Position numbers and translations under genes: made by a program. The notes under the pieces are model-generated. The model worked only from the letters and a program-made list of their open reading frames with translations. It was not told where the DNA came from and did no database searches. DNA of 63,481 bases, filler included, from Globobulimina sp. (lineage: Eukaryota): assembly GCA_003354225.1 (NCBI GenBank). It is 18 parts of 18 records of this genome, joined end to end, with 100 filler letters (N's around TTAATTAATTAA, not from the genome) between each part and the next. Parts side by side here need not be neighbours in the genome. Positions count along the whole stretch, not along the records: positions 1 to 3,436 come from PIVH01002802.1; positions 3,537 to 6,972 come from PIVH01002803.1; positions 7,073 to 10,507 come from PIVH01002804.1; positions 10,608 to 14,042 come from PIVH01002805.1; 14 more parts are not named here. One strand, 5' to 3'. Positions 1-12,437 of this stretch are shown piece by piece; within the stretch, counting starts at the first letter, position 1, and each line of letters opens with the position of its first letter.

Positions 1-3000
1 GGCTCGCCAGAAAAAGGATTGATTAATGATTTGAAAGCACAAAGAACGACATCATCGGATGAACGGGAAATGAGTGCATTTCGTGAATTTGCACACAAAG
101 AGCGAGTCAAAAATGAGCAAAATGCAGAAATGGTATTAAATGATCCAAGCTCAACATTGCGAAGTACAACAAGGGCACAGGCAAAATTAGGATACACTCA
201 GACCTCCGCTATGTTGACTTGGCAAAACATTTCATGCGATAATGATAACAATATCCGATTATTTCCAGTTTGTGGATACATAAAACCGTCGCAAATGCTG
301 TGTGTGTTGGGTGGCGGCGACAATTCGGGCATTCCCGACCTATTCCGAATATTAAGGGATCCGTCGCGACTCTACAACTCCAAAGATAACGGCAGCTATG
401 TGGCCCACGGCGACATCCTATTAAATGGCTTACCGCCGGGAAAGTTTTATAAAAGGTTTGTTTTCCTATTTCTATTTTATTGCACGCCACCTTCAAAATG
501 CAAATGTAAAATATTTATATCTATTTAATTAAAAGGACTGTGTCATACATCCCGAAGACGGACAATCATTTTGGAACATTGACAGTTGGTGAAACATTAT
601 TATTTTCTGCCAAAATGAGATCGCCAGCACACATCGAAGAGGCACATTTGGAGAAGTCAGTGGATACAGTGTTGGAATGGCTGGGTTTGACGGAAGAACA
701 TAAGAACACATTTGTGGGCGATGCCAATCTGAAAGGAATCAGTGGTGGACAGAAACGGAGGTTGTCCATTGGCGTCGAAGTGGTCTCTGGTTTTAGTATT
801 TGCATCGCAGAATTGCCCACAAATGGATTGGACGCAAAGACAGCGTACGAAGTGGTGCATTGTGCATCGAAAGTGGCCAAATCCGGCAATAAATCCATGA
901 TTATGTCATTGGCTCAGCCCTCGCCAGAATTATTCGACTTATTTGACAATTGCTGTTTGTTGGCAATGGGTGAATGCATTTATTTCGGTCCTCAATCACA
1001 AATTCGATCCTATTTGCAAAACCAATGCAAGTTAATACAGCCAATAAACAAATCATTGCCAGCCTGGATCGAGGAATTAACTGTGAAACCCACAAAATTT
1101 GCATCAGAGTCATTAATAAATGAAATCAGAAAATCCAAACAAATCAAACAAAGCAAACCGTTGTCAGACAAACAAATTATACGATATTTGGCCAAGAAAT
1201 TCCGAAATTGCCAATACTTTGCTGATTTGAGTAAAGAAGTATTGTGGAGACATTTGGATCTTATTCATTCGGATTCGGTTGCAAAATGTAAGAAAATTCC
1301 AGAAGAAACAAGTGCGGACAAACCAGACGAAGAGAAAGAGGATATTATAAATGACGAGGCTGAGGCCGCCGACACAGAGTCATCCAAAGGATTTGGTTCC
1401 ATTGTAATGCAATTACAGCGCAAAACGACTGATAAAATGCAGACGAATTCGAATGAAGACTTTGATGAAGATGGGCATTATATAAATTATTGCAAAACAT
1501 ACGATTTACGTGGTTTGCAACATGGATTTTTATGGAGTTTGCCGAGATTACCATCGCCATTATTTCAAATAAGAGAAATTTGTAAGCGCCAATTCTTAGC
1601 CACTTCGAGGAATAAAGCATTGATATTTTCGCGATTATTGCAAGCATTCGTAACGGCGCTATGTTTGGGTTTGCTGTTTTATCGATTACCAACAACGACT
1701 TATGAAAATATGCGATCTCGGGTTGGTGTCTTATTTTTTATTGTCGGATTTATGGGATTTGGAGCCGTTCCATTTATACCTTCGTTGTCCAGCCAATTAC
1801 CGGTCTTTTACTACCAAAAACAAAGTGGTTATTTCAAAGTGTATTCCTTTTATTTGGCGCAAATTATGGCAGAAATGCCATTCACTTTTGTCGAGTCCTT
1901 ATTATTTGCGGTGATCACATATCCAATGATTGGATTATTTCCCTCTTATTATTGCTTTATTGCTTTTTTCATCATCACATTTTTAGTGCGGTTGACGTCG
2001 TGGAGTTTTTGTATGGCGGTAACCGGCGCAGTGGGCAATGCCTCGGTGGCTCAAAGTATATCCACCGTAATCTTGCCAGTATGGTATGCTTTCAATGGAT
2101 TTTTAGTTCCGGCACAAAATAAGGCCTCACCTGCGATATTAAAATATATTGCAAGATCTTCATTTTTTACGTATCCGTTTCAATATTTGGTGCGATCTGA
2201 ATTGACAAACTTTGTTGCTACTAACCAAGATGCAAAGAGTTGTTTGGAAGCATATAGTATCGAGGCGGAGGCATTGGATGCAATGGATTTAGTGCACGTT
2301 ATTACAGTGACAATATTATGGTTTATCATATTTAATGTATTGGCCTATATTTGTTTGAGTAACATCGATTATTCAGTCATATCTTACAAAAAATCCATGA
2401 ATTCGTTGAATAACAGAATTGATTCCCTGATTGGCAGCATTGCAGATATTTTTTGTTGTGGTTTGGGTGCGGCACAAAGACAAAAACGCAAAGATGCATA
2501 TGTTCAGAAACAGATTGAATGTTATCAGAAGAGAGCGAAACAAGATATTGATATTGACATTGACATTGAGTTAGAAAGTGTGGTTCACGCAAATGATGAC
2601 TCTGTGAAAGCACCCAAAGTCTATCTCGAATTCAAAAATGTCTCATACTCTGTGGGAGAGAACTCAGAGAAGCAATTATTGCGCGATAACTGCGGTTATG
2701 TGCGTCCCGGAGAAGTGGTGGCATTGATGGGGCCATCGGGTGCCGGCAAGTCGACATTGTTGGACGTGTTGGCCAGCAAAAAAAACACCGGCACTGTTAC
2801 AGGCGAGGTGTTGTTGAATGGAGCAAAACCGGATAAATTTTATAATCGATGCTTTGGATACGTAGAGCAATTTGATTCGCATATGACCTGTTTGACGGTG
2901 AAAGAAGCCATTATGTTCAGTGCAAATTTGCGATTATCTGCGGATGTGTCCTCTGCGCAGAAACACAAAATTGTAGAAAAAGTGATGAAACAGTTAGAGA

Positions 3001-3436
3001 TTATGCCGTTGGCCAACCGACGCATTGGTGGTGCGGGAGAGGCCCATTCCATATCACAGGAAGCTCGCAAAAAAGTGACAATTGCGGTGGAATTGGTGAG
3101 CAATCCGGGCTTATTATTCTTGGACGAACCGACGACCGGTTTAGATGGAGGCGCTGCCTTCGCGGTGATGCAGACAGTGCGGAAATTGGCAGACGAAGAG
3201 AAGTGTTCTGTCATTTGCACCATTCACCAGCCGTCAGCCGAAGTATTCAGTTTATTCGATAAAATATTATTATTACAAGCTGGCGGCAAAATGGTTTATT
3301 TTGATGATATCAAGAAATTGCCGCATTATTATCAGAAACATGGCTTTGGCGCCATTCCGAAGGGTAAGAATCCGGCAGATTTTGCCATTGAAGCCATTGA
3401 GGCGGCACAGCATGGCCAAGAATCTGCAAATGATAT
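1..3436 (+). CDS. Full-size ABCG/PDR-type ABC transporter (NBD1-TMD1-NBD2), partial at both ends; intron 456-535
   Basis: The GT-AG intron joins FYKR|TVSYIP. NBD1 signature ISGGQKRR; six-helix TMD; NBD2 has GPSGAGKS, GYVEQFD, LFLDEPTTGLD, CTIHQPS and NPADF. Confidence 0.93.
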
Positions 3437-3536
3437 NNNNNNNNNNNNNNNNNNNNNNNNNNNNNNNNNNNNNNNNNNNNTTAATTAATTAANNNNNNNN
3501 NNNNNNNNNNNNNNNNNNNNNNNNNNNNNNNNNNNN
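3437..3536. other. Artificial contig-joining spacer (first of 17)
   Basis: 44 N + TTAATTAATTAA (stops in all six frames) + 44 N. It recurs identically at 6973, 10508, 14043, 17576, 21109, 24642, 28175, 31708, 35240, 38772, 42303, 45833, 49363, 52893, 56423 and 59953. Contig lengths never increase along the window. Confidence 0.99.
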
Positions 3537-3656
3537 CATGTTACAATTGTCAATAAAACTCGAGTTACATTCTGAAACTAATTTTCTTTTAAATTATTTG
3601 ACAAATATTAAACAATCCACTTTTTATAACACAAAAAAAAGCAAACGCCATTAATA

Positions 3657-6507
3657 TTATTGTCCGGTGGTAGTAGAACCTCCTGATGTTGCATGACTTG
3701 TTTTATACATCTCATCATCATCATCCTCGAGCTCCTCATCAAAAACATCTTCTTTAGGAAGTGGCAACTCAACAATCCTTAATTGCGACACAGTTAATCC
3801 GCCATCATCACCACTCCGCAACGGCAATGCATGCGTACTCATCATATTTGATGCAATGGCAAAAGGTACATTATCTGAACTATTTGCTGACGAACTCCGA
3901 ACCCTTTCCATGAGGTTTGCGGTTCGTGGCTGTGTGTTATATTGATTGTAATTTGTCAATTCAACATTAACATTGCCATCCTTAACAACAACCACATCAC
4001 TGTTACTTTGCAAAACATTCTGACCGGCATTGCTCCTATTTTTCCTATTTGGCGCTAACTTTTTTCTAAAAAAACAGTCATAAAAACAACAAAGAAGTAA
4101 AATAATACAACATAAAACAATAATTACTATCGAAATTACCATTATCTGGAAACCAAATGTTAATTTTGTACTAGTGGCTAACCCATCATTTCCTTCATTC
4201 CCTCCATTTCCATCTTGGTTTTCTAATGAAACAGTTATAGACATCAATGGACTTAATGTCGGTGCTAAAGATGGGTATGTTATGACATGTATTTCCAATG
4301 TGGGTGCCGGTGTGGTTGGAGCGTTGGTCGGAGATAAAGAAGGTACTGTGCTTGGTGCCTCTGGCAATATTTATGGAACATCATAAACTTTAATCATACA
4401 TAAAAATAAATCAATTAACTCGAAGGTGCACTGCTTGGGGCCAAAGTGGGCGACATTGTTGGTGGAGAGGATGGTGCATTTGATGGAGGCGATGCTATTT
4501 ATTCAATTAAATGCATTCAACATATATAAACGGGCCAAAAAATTACTAAACTTGGAGTTGATGATGGTGCTAAACTAGGATGCAAAGTGGGTGCTGCCGT
4601 AGGATTTAATGACGGAGAAAGGGTGGGACTATCGGATGGAATTTGGCTGGGAGCGTTTGTGGGTGTTAATGTTGGGTTTAATGAGGGAGCAGCTGTTGGA
4701 TCATCCGTAGGCGCGGGAGTGGGAGCAGGCGTTGGAGCACTGGTCGGAGCAAAACTTATCCAGTTATTATTGTCTGGGAACGTAATACGTAATTTCTTAA
4801 ATATAGCAGCTGCTTGACGCGTTCGGAAACCAACAGATCCAAATGTATAAGCACTATGCGATACACTCAGTATTAAAGCATTATTATTGTATATTTTGAA
4901 ATTGTTTGACTCTGCTTCAACTCGAATAAGATAATCCTCGTTAAAGTTAGGAGTGAATGAATCAGCGTAAAGAGGATACCATCCATCATTCATTCGAGAA
5001 AATCGAATTCCTGTATCACGTCTCCAATCGACATAATATTGTTGACCAGCATTATTAACGGGGCCCACGGTTTGAGCACGAAATAACAGCCCAGCGTTAG
5101 CGCCGACTCCCCCTCTAAGCAAATTAACTGTAAATTCAATTTTATAGTCTTCCCAATCGATGGATGTTGCGTCGAGATCTCCCAACCAGACAACATTACC
5201 TTCTCCAGTTTCGTTATGTTGTGTTAACCAACATGTTGATGCGTCGCTGGACCAATTACCTTTTTGTTATGTATATTTAATTTACGATTGGTTTTTATTT
5301 CATATACAAACGTAATTATACGTAAATATATTTGCAATCAAAATAAGCACAGATATCACAGTCAAAAAATAGGTTGAAACTTAAGGAAAAAAGTTTCTAT
5401 CTGAACAACAAAAACGTTTTACAAATAAATTCAAACCTTTAATAACTGTAAATCTATTGTTGTAATCACATAAATAATTAAAAGGTGTAATATAGGCATT
5501 ATTTGTGCTAATTTTTAGATCTCTTATTATTCCATCAATTGCGTTATTATTATTCTGTAGAAAACTTATATAAATGGGTTTATTCATAACAATGACATGC
5601 GAATCATGATTAATTTCATTGCCAATTTCGACAGAATCCAATAACATTAACACAGAAGTTTGTGTCACATGATATTCTAAATGATACCAAGTATCTACAT
5701 TGATAGTCTCATACTCAATATGGTTATACTGTGTAATTCTTGTAAATGATCCCTGTAATCTCTTGTTTTGTCCATAAATATAAAAAGCAGGAAATCGCTC
5801 GTGATCACTGCTTCCAATCTGTATAATATTTGACCAACCTGAAAGATGTGAATAGAGAATAAAATCAAATTCACAATGCACTTCATCCAATACATCCATA
5901 TAACCAATAATAGTGCCGGCCACAGGTTGTCTGATATTATTTGCGTCATTTACCACGGTGATAGATGATGGATAATTGCATATTGATGCAGCTTGGTAGG
6001 TGCAATAAGCATCGTTCCAATTTCTGTTCGTCTCCCACAAAAGAAGGCAATCTTCATTATCCTTATTATCTGGCTGTAGCCAATTACTGTCGTCACTCCA
6101 TGGATATAGACCGCCTCTTATATCTGTACCATAATCAAATGGAGTTCCTATTTTGTTTCATATGTTGTATCATTGTTAGTATAAGAAGAATGTATATTAT
6201 ATATTATATATTAACCGTCAGTCCATGTCCAGGTAGCTTCATTGCCTGCGTCTGTTCCACCGGTCCAACATTCTGGGCCGGAGGTTGGACATAGCGATTT
6301 GGCTTCGTCGTTCTGTGCGGAATTGTGTATGGATGCTAAAGTTGTTCCATAAGAAAATGAACATAAAGCATCAGCATCTGTCGGTGTTAATATGGCGGGA
6401 TCGAAAATGTAATATTGCGAGGACACATGCGGTATTAAGAGTGTTACTACTATCCATAATACGATTTGTTTAGTTGTAAAGATGCCATGCCTTAACGAGT
6501 CCATCAT
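3657..6507 (-). CDS. Multi-exon type I membrane protein: signal peptide, C-type lectin domain, two beta-sandwich (LamG/DUF1080-like) domains, PT-repeat stalk, TM helix, acidic tail
   Basis: Introns 6215-6148 and 5436-5260 join the ORFs in frame, with further short introns near 4370-4550. Lectin motifs LASIH, CWTG, W.W.DG, QPD, EDC, WND; DUF1080-like GLLFR...GSVGFR; PTxAPT repeats; TM IMVISIVIIVLCCIILLL. Confidence 0.82.
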
Positions 6508-6719
6508 TTAGAGAAAAGCAACTTTTTTTTTTAGTGATAAGTCAGAGTCCAGCTATAAAGAGCATCATCTGTTTTCAAGGAAACGAATGCAAACCGATAT
6601 AATTTTTACTTTTACCGCCACCAGATTCGGTTTGCTTGGCGCTGAAATCGGATGCTCTTTTCACAAGAATACTAAAATATCTGAGTGCAAGGATACATTC
6701 GATACAACTTACCTGAACC

Positions 6720-6972
6720 ATGAACAAAAGTTTATCTCTTAGTTTTATGAATGAATTTGGAAATGAATATGATGAGCAACTTAAAAATAGAGTGAAGCAT
6801 TTGATTGTAGGGAGTGATAAATCCATATGGGAAGATTGGGAAATTCAATTTATGGGTACAATTAAAATGATTCAAGGCAACGACGAAAGTGCTATATTGG
6901 AGAAAAGTGGAATTGTAATTTCCAAATTAGAATCAACCAAACTCGCAGGCAAATTAACATTGTCCTTATTAC
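6720..6972 (+). CDS. Hypothetical protein, 3' truncated
   Basis: ATG-initiated ORF open to the contig end, divergent from the lectin gene. Confidence 0.45.
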
Positions 6973-7072
6973 NNNNNNNNNNNNNNNNNNNNNNNNNNNN
7001 NNNNNNNNNNNNNNNNTTAATTAATTAANNNNNNNNNNNNNNNNNNNNNNNNNNNNNNNNNNNNNNNNNNNN

Positions 7073-7264
7073 CACTCGCTTTATTGCTTTGCAGTCATTT
7101 GCTTTCTGCGGACATTCATCACTCTCATTATCCGTTTCGTTTGTTTTGTTCTCTAAAAATATATCAAAATCAATCAATGGTTTCGATGTATCATCCTTTT
7201 GTTTGTTTGTTTGTGTTGGTGGCACTGAGCGTTGTTTGTTTTCTTTTGGCTGTTTACTGTCCAT
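7073..7264 (-). CDS. N-terminus of a lineage-expanded hypothetical protein (C...C..I.R motif), 3' truncated
   Basis: MDSKQ...ECPQKANDCKAIKRV; a similar motif occurs in the ORF at 49463-49785. Confidence 0.5.
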
Positions 7265-8361
7265 CGCGTATTTTACCTGTTCACTAAAAAGAAAACTTTG
7301 AGATCGGACGGACAATCTCAGATTTTATACGACAAATTTAATTGTATTGATTTGAAAGCATATACATTATGCAAATCATGTTATATTATATTATATGCAT
7401 TCATTGCGTTGTGGATGTGATAGCATTCAAAAAATAATTGTGCGGTATTTAGGCTGTGAGTAAATATGTTGTCATTTGTCTCATTAATGTGCGTAATTAA
7501 TTTTACATGTTTTTTAGTTTGAAACCGACATAATTTATCTTATTTATCTTATTTTTGAAGTCCACTTGAGTTTAATACGATTGATTGTTTCGTAGCAATC
7601 ATAGCTCCGAGTTGCGGTCGAAAATGTCGTGGATGATATCAATGAGAATGATTTGATGAATGTGAATATGCGTTGCAGCGTGATATATTTCTCTTGCATG
7701 ATACGAATATTTTGATACTAATATCAATCATCGTTTTTAATTGGTTAGTAATCATTTTTGAGTGTTATCATAATCACATCGCACGTGGATCAAATGCATA
7801 TAATATAAATGTCGTATTTAAATCAGTTTCTATTTCTTTTGATGGACTATACTAAACTGCGATGGTGGCAAGGTACACGTGGCAAAAAACGTTAGTACCT
7901 GGAAAATTGTATGTCAGTTAATCGGAACCTACAAAAGTTAATTAGTCACTATGCGACTATTTAGTGACAAAAACGAAAAGGTGCTACTATTTAGATGCAA
8001 AAGCTAATGCATATCAAAATAATATTGGGTATAGTGGGTTTTGTTGAACAGTATGCTATATACTGTTTTTACATATCACCAAACTTGCACTTTTTTCGTG
8101 TAAAAATTAAACAATGTTTTAAACAGTATTGTCTTAAGATACATTGTTTTGATATTGTTTTTAAACAGTATCAAAACAAACTAACTAAATAATACAGGCA
8201 CTTTTGCCATTATGAGGAAAACAGTATGTTAGATATTGTTTCCGTAAAATTTGAACAGTCCATCAATCAAACTGATATATTAAATTGCTACTTATTTCAC
8301 GGAAACACTTATGGGACAAAGGCTAAGTTGTTTAAATATAACGAACAGCACACACATTTAA

Positions 8362-9273
8362 CTAATCATCAAAAAGTTTTTGGTTTGCTTTTTTTATCAT
8401 ATCATTGATGACATTATTGTGACTTTGCGGACTCCACCATATCCAGCACGGATTTTTATTCCATTTTCTAGCATATTGGTTTATAAATTTTATGCATCCA
8501 TAGCTTGTTTCTTGCAATACATAAATCTGTTTGTTTTGAACATGTTGCATATGTAGCAAATAAAACTGATGAAACTGCACACGGAATAATTGCCAGAATG
8601 AGTTTATTAAATTTATCTTCTTTTACTTGTTTACAATGAGTTTCCTTTCCATATTTATGATAAATCAGTTCTAACATAAATCCAATGCATAGCACAGAGC
8701 CAGTAAACACAATCCGTGCCAACAATATATACATTTTCACCATAGTTTCGGCATCGTCTCTGGCACCAAATCTGTACAAATAAATATAATGCAACAAATA
8801 GAAATAACTAAATCTCCGAACACCTTCATTTGCGCAAAAATACAAAGGCTGTGCTGGATAGCTATCAAAAGGAAGCATTTGTGGGCCTCGCCGATATGAA
8901 GCAGTGTTTAATAAAGCAAAGGATAAACTCCTTTCCATTTCAAATAACAAATCATCCGCATCCAAACCCAAATCGATTTAAATGAATTATAAATTATATG
9001 TTTGAGCAATTTAAATTTCGCAGTGTTCACAGTATTGCTTTCCTTTAAAAGTATATCATTTATATTGATATTCCATGATTTGCAAACTAATGATAAGTTG
9101 CAAACATAATCCACAATGTCTAGAAACGTAAACAAATGCATAACAACATATGTTGGTATATTTTGCAAATTGCTTTGTCGTAATTCACATTGCAAAAACG
9201 CACATGACACTGCAGCTGCGGTTATTGACTTTGTTCTACATTCTCCTCCTTCAAGCCACGCCCACATTGTCAA
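8362..9273 (-). pseudogene. F-box protein, apparently frameshifted
   Basis: F-box-like LQNIPTYVVMHLFTFLD...LSLVCKSWN. Coding continues in another frame near 8970 (LGLDADDLLFEMER) and possibly again near 8580, with no obvious GT-AG intron at these points. Confidence 0.55.
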
Positions 9274-9518
9274 CAGGCATAGGTAGCGCTGACTAAGTAA
9301 TTTACAAACACTTGTTTGTTGACATTACCGCTGACTAAGTTTCGATTTCTTAGCTTTAAAGTTTTTCACTTGATAAATAAACAATTCTTACACGGATTGG
9401 GTATTTAATTTTCGATTTCACATTTGGATTTGGATTTTCCATTTAACAACCTTTTGACCATAATATCTTCCAATTCATTATTCTGTTTTAGTATGCCATT
9501 ACTAGATGTTATCCATTA

Positions 9519-10482
9519 TGAAATATTTTGCATGACATTTTATGCAATTGAATGAATTGAATTGAAATGGAACAACATGAATGTGCTATTTGCGATCCGA
9601 TGCAATATTTGAGAATGAATATATTTGCGATCCGATGCGATCCGATCCAATCACTATATACTATGTACACAATATAATAATATTAAACTGCTGTCGATCC
9701 GAATTAAGCGAATATCCATTGCAAACTGCTCACAGTTTTAATGACTCTTAAATCTTAACATTTAGAAATCAAGCATGGATGCTGCCTGGCCGGATTTAAA
9801 ACGTTTCACACGTTCAACTATCACAACACAACTCACAATATCAATACAATACAATGCCACATAACATAACAAAAACGAATTTGTGTACATACATCAACGT
9901 TTCTATCGTTTCTCGCCTCGCTCCACCAATTGCCTGCATCCTCATATATTGCTTAGCTAAGACAACTTTTATGCCGTATAGCATCCATATGAAAGAGTGC
10001 ATTGAAAGATTGCATTCAATATTGATCTTTCTTTCATATTGATATTGCATATATGAGAGACACAGAATTAGGCGGCTAGGCCTCAATATATTCATTTAAT
10101 TTCATATTCATGGATGCATTTTTATTTTCAATTGGAAATGAATGAAATGAAATGCATTTTTAATACAGAATACATAACTAAAATGAGTTGCCACTTCTAT
10201 GTGCATTGTAAAATATTGTGCACATCGCCACTTTGAATGTATTATTTTTCGATCTATGATTTTTCAAGATTGAATGAAATATTTTGCATGACATTTTTAT
10301 GCAATTATTATAATTGAATGAATTGAATTGAATTAGAACAACATGAATGTGCTAGCTACAATATTTGAGAATGAATATATTTGCGATCCGATACGATCCA
10401 ATCACTATATACTATGTACACAATATAATAATATTAAACTAGCTGTCGATCCGCGCCGAATTAAGCGAATATCCATTGCAAA
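9519..10482. repeat. Diverged direct repeat of about 205 bp (9519-9725 and 10275-10482)
   Basis: Shared blocks TGAAATATTTTGCATGACATTT, CAATCACTATATACTATGTACACAATATAATAATATTAAACT and GAATTAAGCGAATATCCATTGCAAA. Confidence 0.92.
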
Positions 10483-10607
10483 ATGCTTCAATTAATGGAA
10501 TGTGAATNNNNNNNNNNNNNNNNNNNNNNNNNNNNNNNNNNNNNNNNNNNNTTAATTAATTAANNNNNNNNNNNNNNNNNNNNNNNNNNNNNNNNNNNNN
10601 NNNNNNN

Positions 10608-12189
10608 ATCCAGAGCAATTATTTGATAAACTGACCCTTTTGCACGAAATCATAAACGAAGACCGCGTCCATCAAAATAAATTACAACAATTACAAACAA
10701 AACATGAGACACTTTTAAATGAGTTACAACAGAAACAATCAGAGATATATGATTTGCGAAATACGTTACAACGACACAAGAAACATTTGTTATTACAACA
10801 GTCAATTTACACAATAACACATCCAAAAAACATGGATAAAACGTCAACACCGGTTCTATTGCTGACATATCCCACATTTACGAATAGCATTGAATTATTT
10901 CAACATATATCCAACAGATTTTTTCATTTAAACCAAGATGATTATCAACAAAAATTGGACGAATGTCAATGGGAAATACAAATTAAAGTTATATCCTTAA
11001 TACAATGTTGGATCCGAACATATTGGATTGACGATTTTTATTATAACGAGCAGTTAATTGATGCTGTCGACACTTTTAAAAACAAAATATTATCACATTA
11101 TGTGCAGAATGATAATTATCCGTTTGATCCAACAAAATATGTTAAATTAAGCAATATGATCGAACAAAGCATGGACTTTCAGCGGAGCAGTGAGGCAGTT
11201 CGTGATTTGCGGGAATTAACAAAACAACAAACGTTTACTTTATTAATTTCTCTGTCATTGATTGAAAAACTAGCGGGAATTAATAAAACCAAATCAGAGT
11301 TTCAACAAATTGATAATCGACAGCTCGCAGAACAAATGACGTTGATTGATTTTGCGAATTTCAGGAGGATAAAACATAGGGAATGTTTGAATCAACAATG
11401 GCTGGATGAAGAGCACAAATATGAGTTAGCTCCAAATATTTGTGGGATGATTGCTAGTTTGAATAAAACGTTCAAATGGTGTCAAGTTACAATTTTATTG
11501 TCACAGACAGTGGTTCAAAGAGGCCGTTTAATTAAGAAATTCCTGAAGATCTGCAGACATTTGTTGGAGCTGAACAATTTCCATTCGTTATCTGCGCTGT
11601 TTGGCGCCTTAAGATCTACACCAATTTGGAGACTAAAAAACGCCTGGAATGAGGTTATACGTTTCTATATTTATGTACATTGACCTGATATATTTGTATA
11701 CAAAAACAGGTTCCAAGTAAACATATTGCGTTTTATGATGAATTGGTGCTATTATTTGACACAAAATCAAATATGAAAAACTTGCGTGACGCACATACAA
11801 AAGCAACACCGCCAATGGTGCCATATACTGGAATTTTTTTATCTGAATTAGTTGGGATTGAAGAAGGAAATAAAAGTAGTACCAAGAAAAAAGCAATTAA
11901 TTTTAAAAAATTGGTAATGATCGCACGGTCAATTGGCACTGTGTTGATACATCAGAACGCGGACTGCGATAAAATTAAACAGGATGTGCCGTTACAACAT
12001 TTTTTGAATAATAACATCTATGATGATATACATCAGATGGAAACTATTGATGAAGATTATTTGTATGATGTATCGACGCTTGCTGCAAAACAAGACGCCG
12101 AAGAACATGATTCAAAGAACACAATGCTGAAGAAACTAACTCTAATTAATAAAAATTCAAATCACTTCATTCAAAAAGTTTTTTCATGA
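10608..12189 (+). CDS. Ras guanine nucleotide exchange factor (REM + CDC25 domains), 5' truncated; intron 11654-11709
   Basis: LLLTYPTF, LAEQMTLIDF, APNI, LNNFHSLSALFGAL..TPIWRLKNAW|VP, PPMVPYTGIFLSEL..IEEGN, INFKK. Confidence 0.93.
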
Positions 12190-12437
12190 ATTATTCAATT
12201 TGCAACGTTTTTGTATGTTTTAATCTGTATTAATTTTTTCAAAGCGACATATTCTGTACGTATGTTTTTTGTTTTGTGTGTGTGTGAAAGATTGTGAGTT
12301 TATATTTATAGATCTATTTTGTGCTGTCCTTTAGAATAGGACGTGTTTAGAATATCGCCTTTATTTTGGATACAGAGAATTCATGACGTTACATTTTCTG
12401 CCATGCACGTAGACAAGAACAGAAATCCGGTGCAGTA

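Noticed and set aside
3481-3492. Regularly spaced TTAATTAATTAA palindromes resembling a repeat array or nanochromosome ends
   Set aside because: Always centred in 88 Ns between size-sorted contigs, so it is an artificial linker. ORFs containing X runs are artefacts at those ends.
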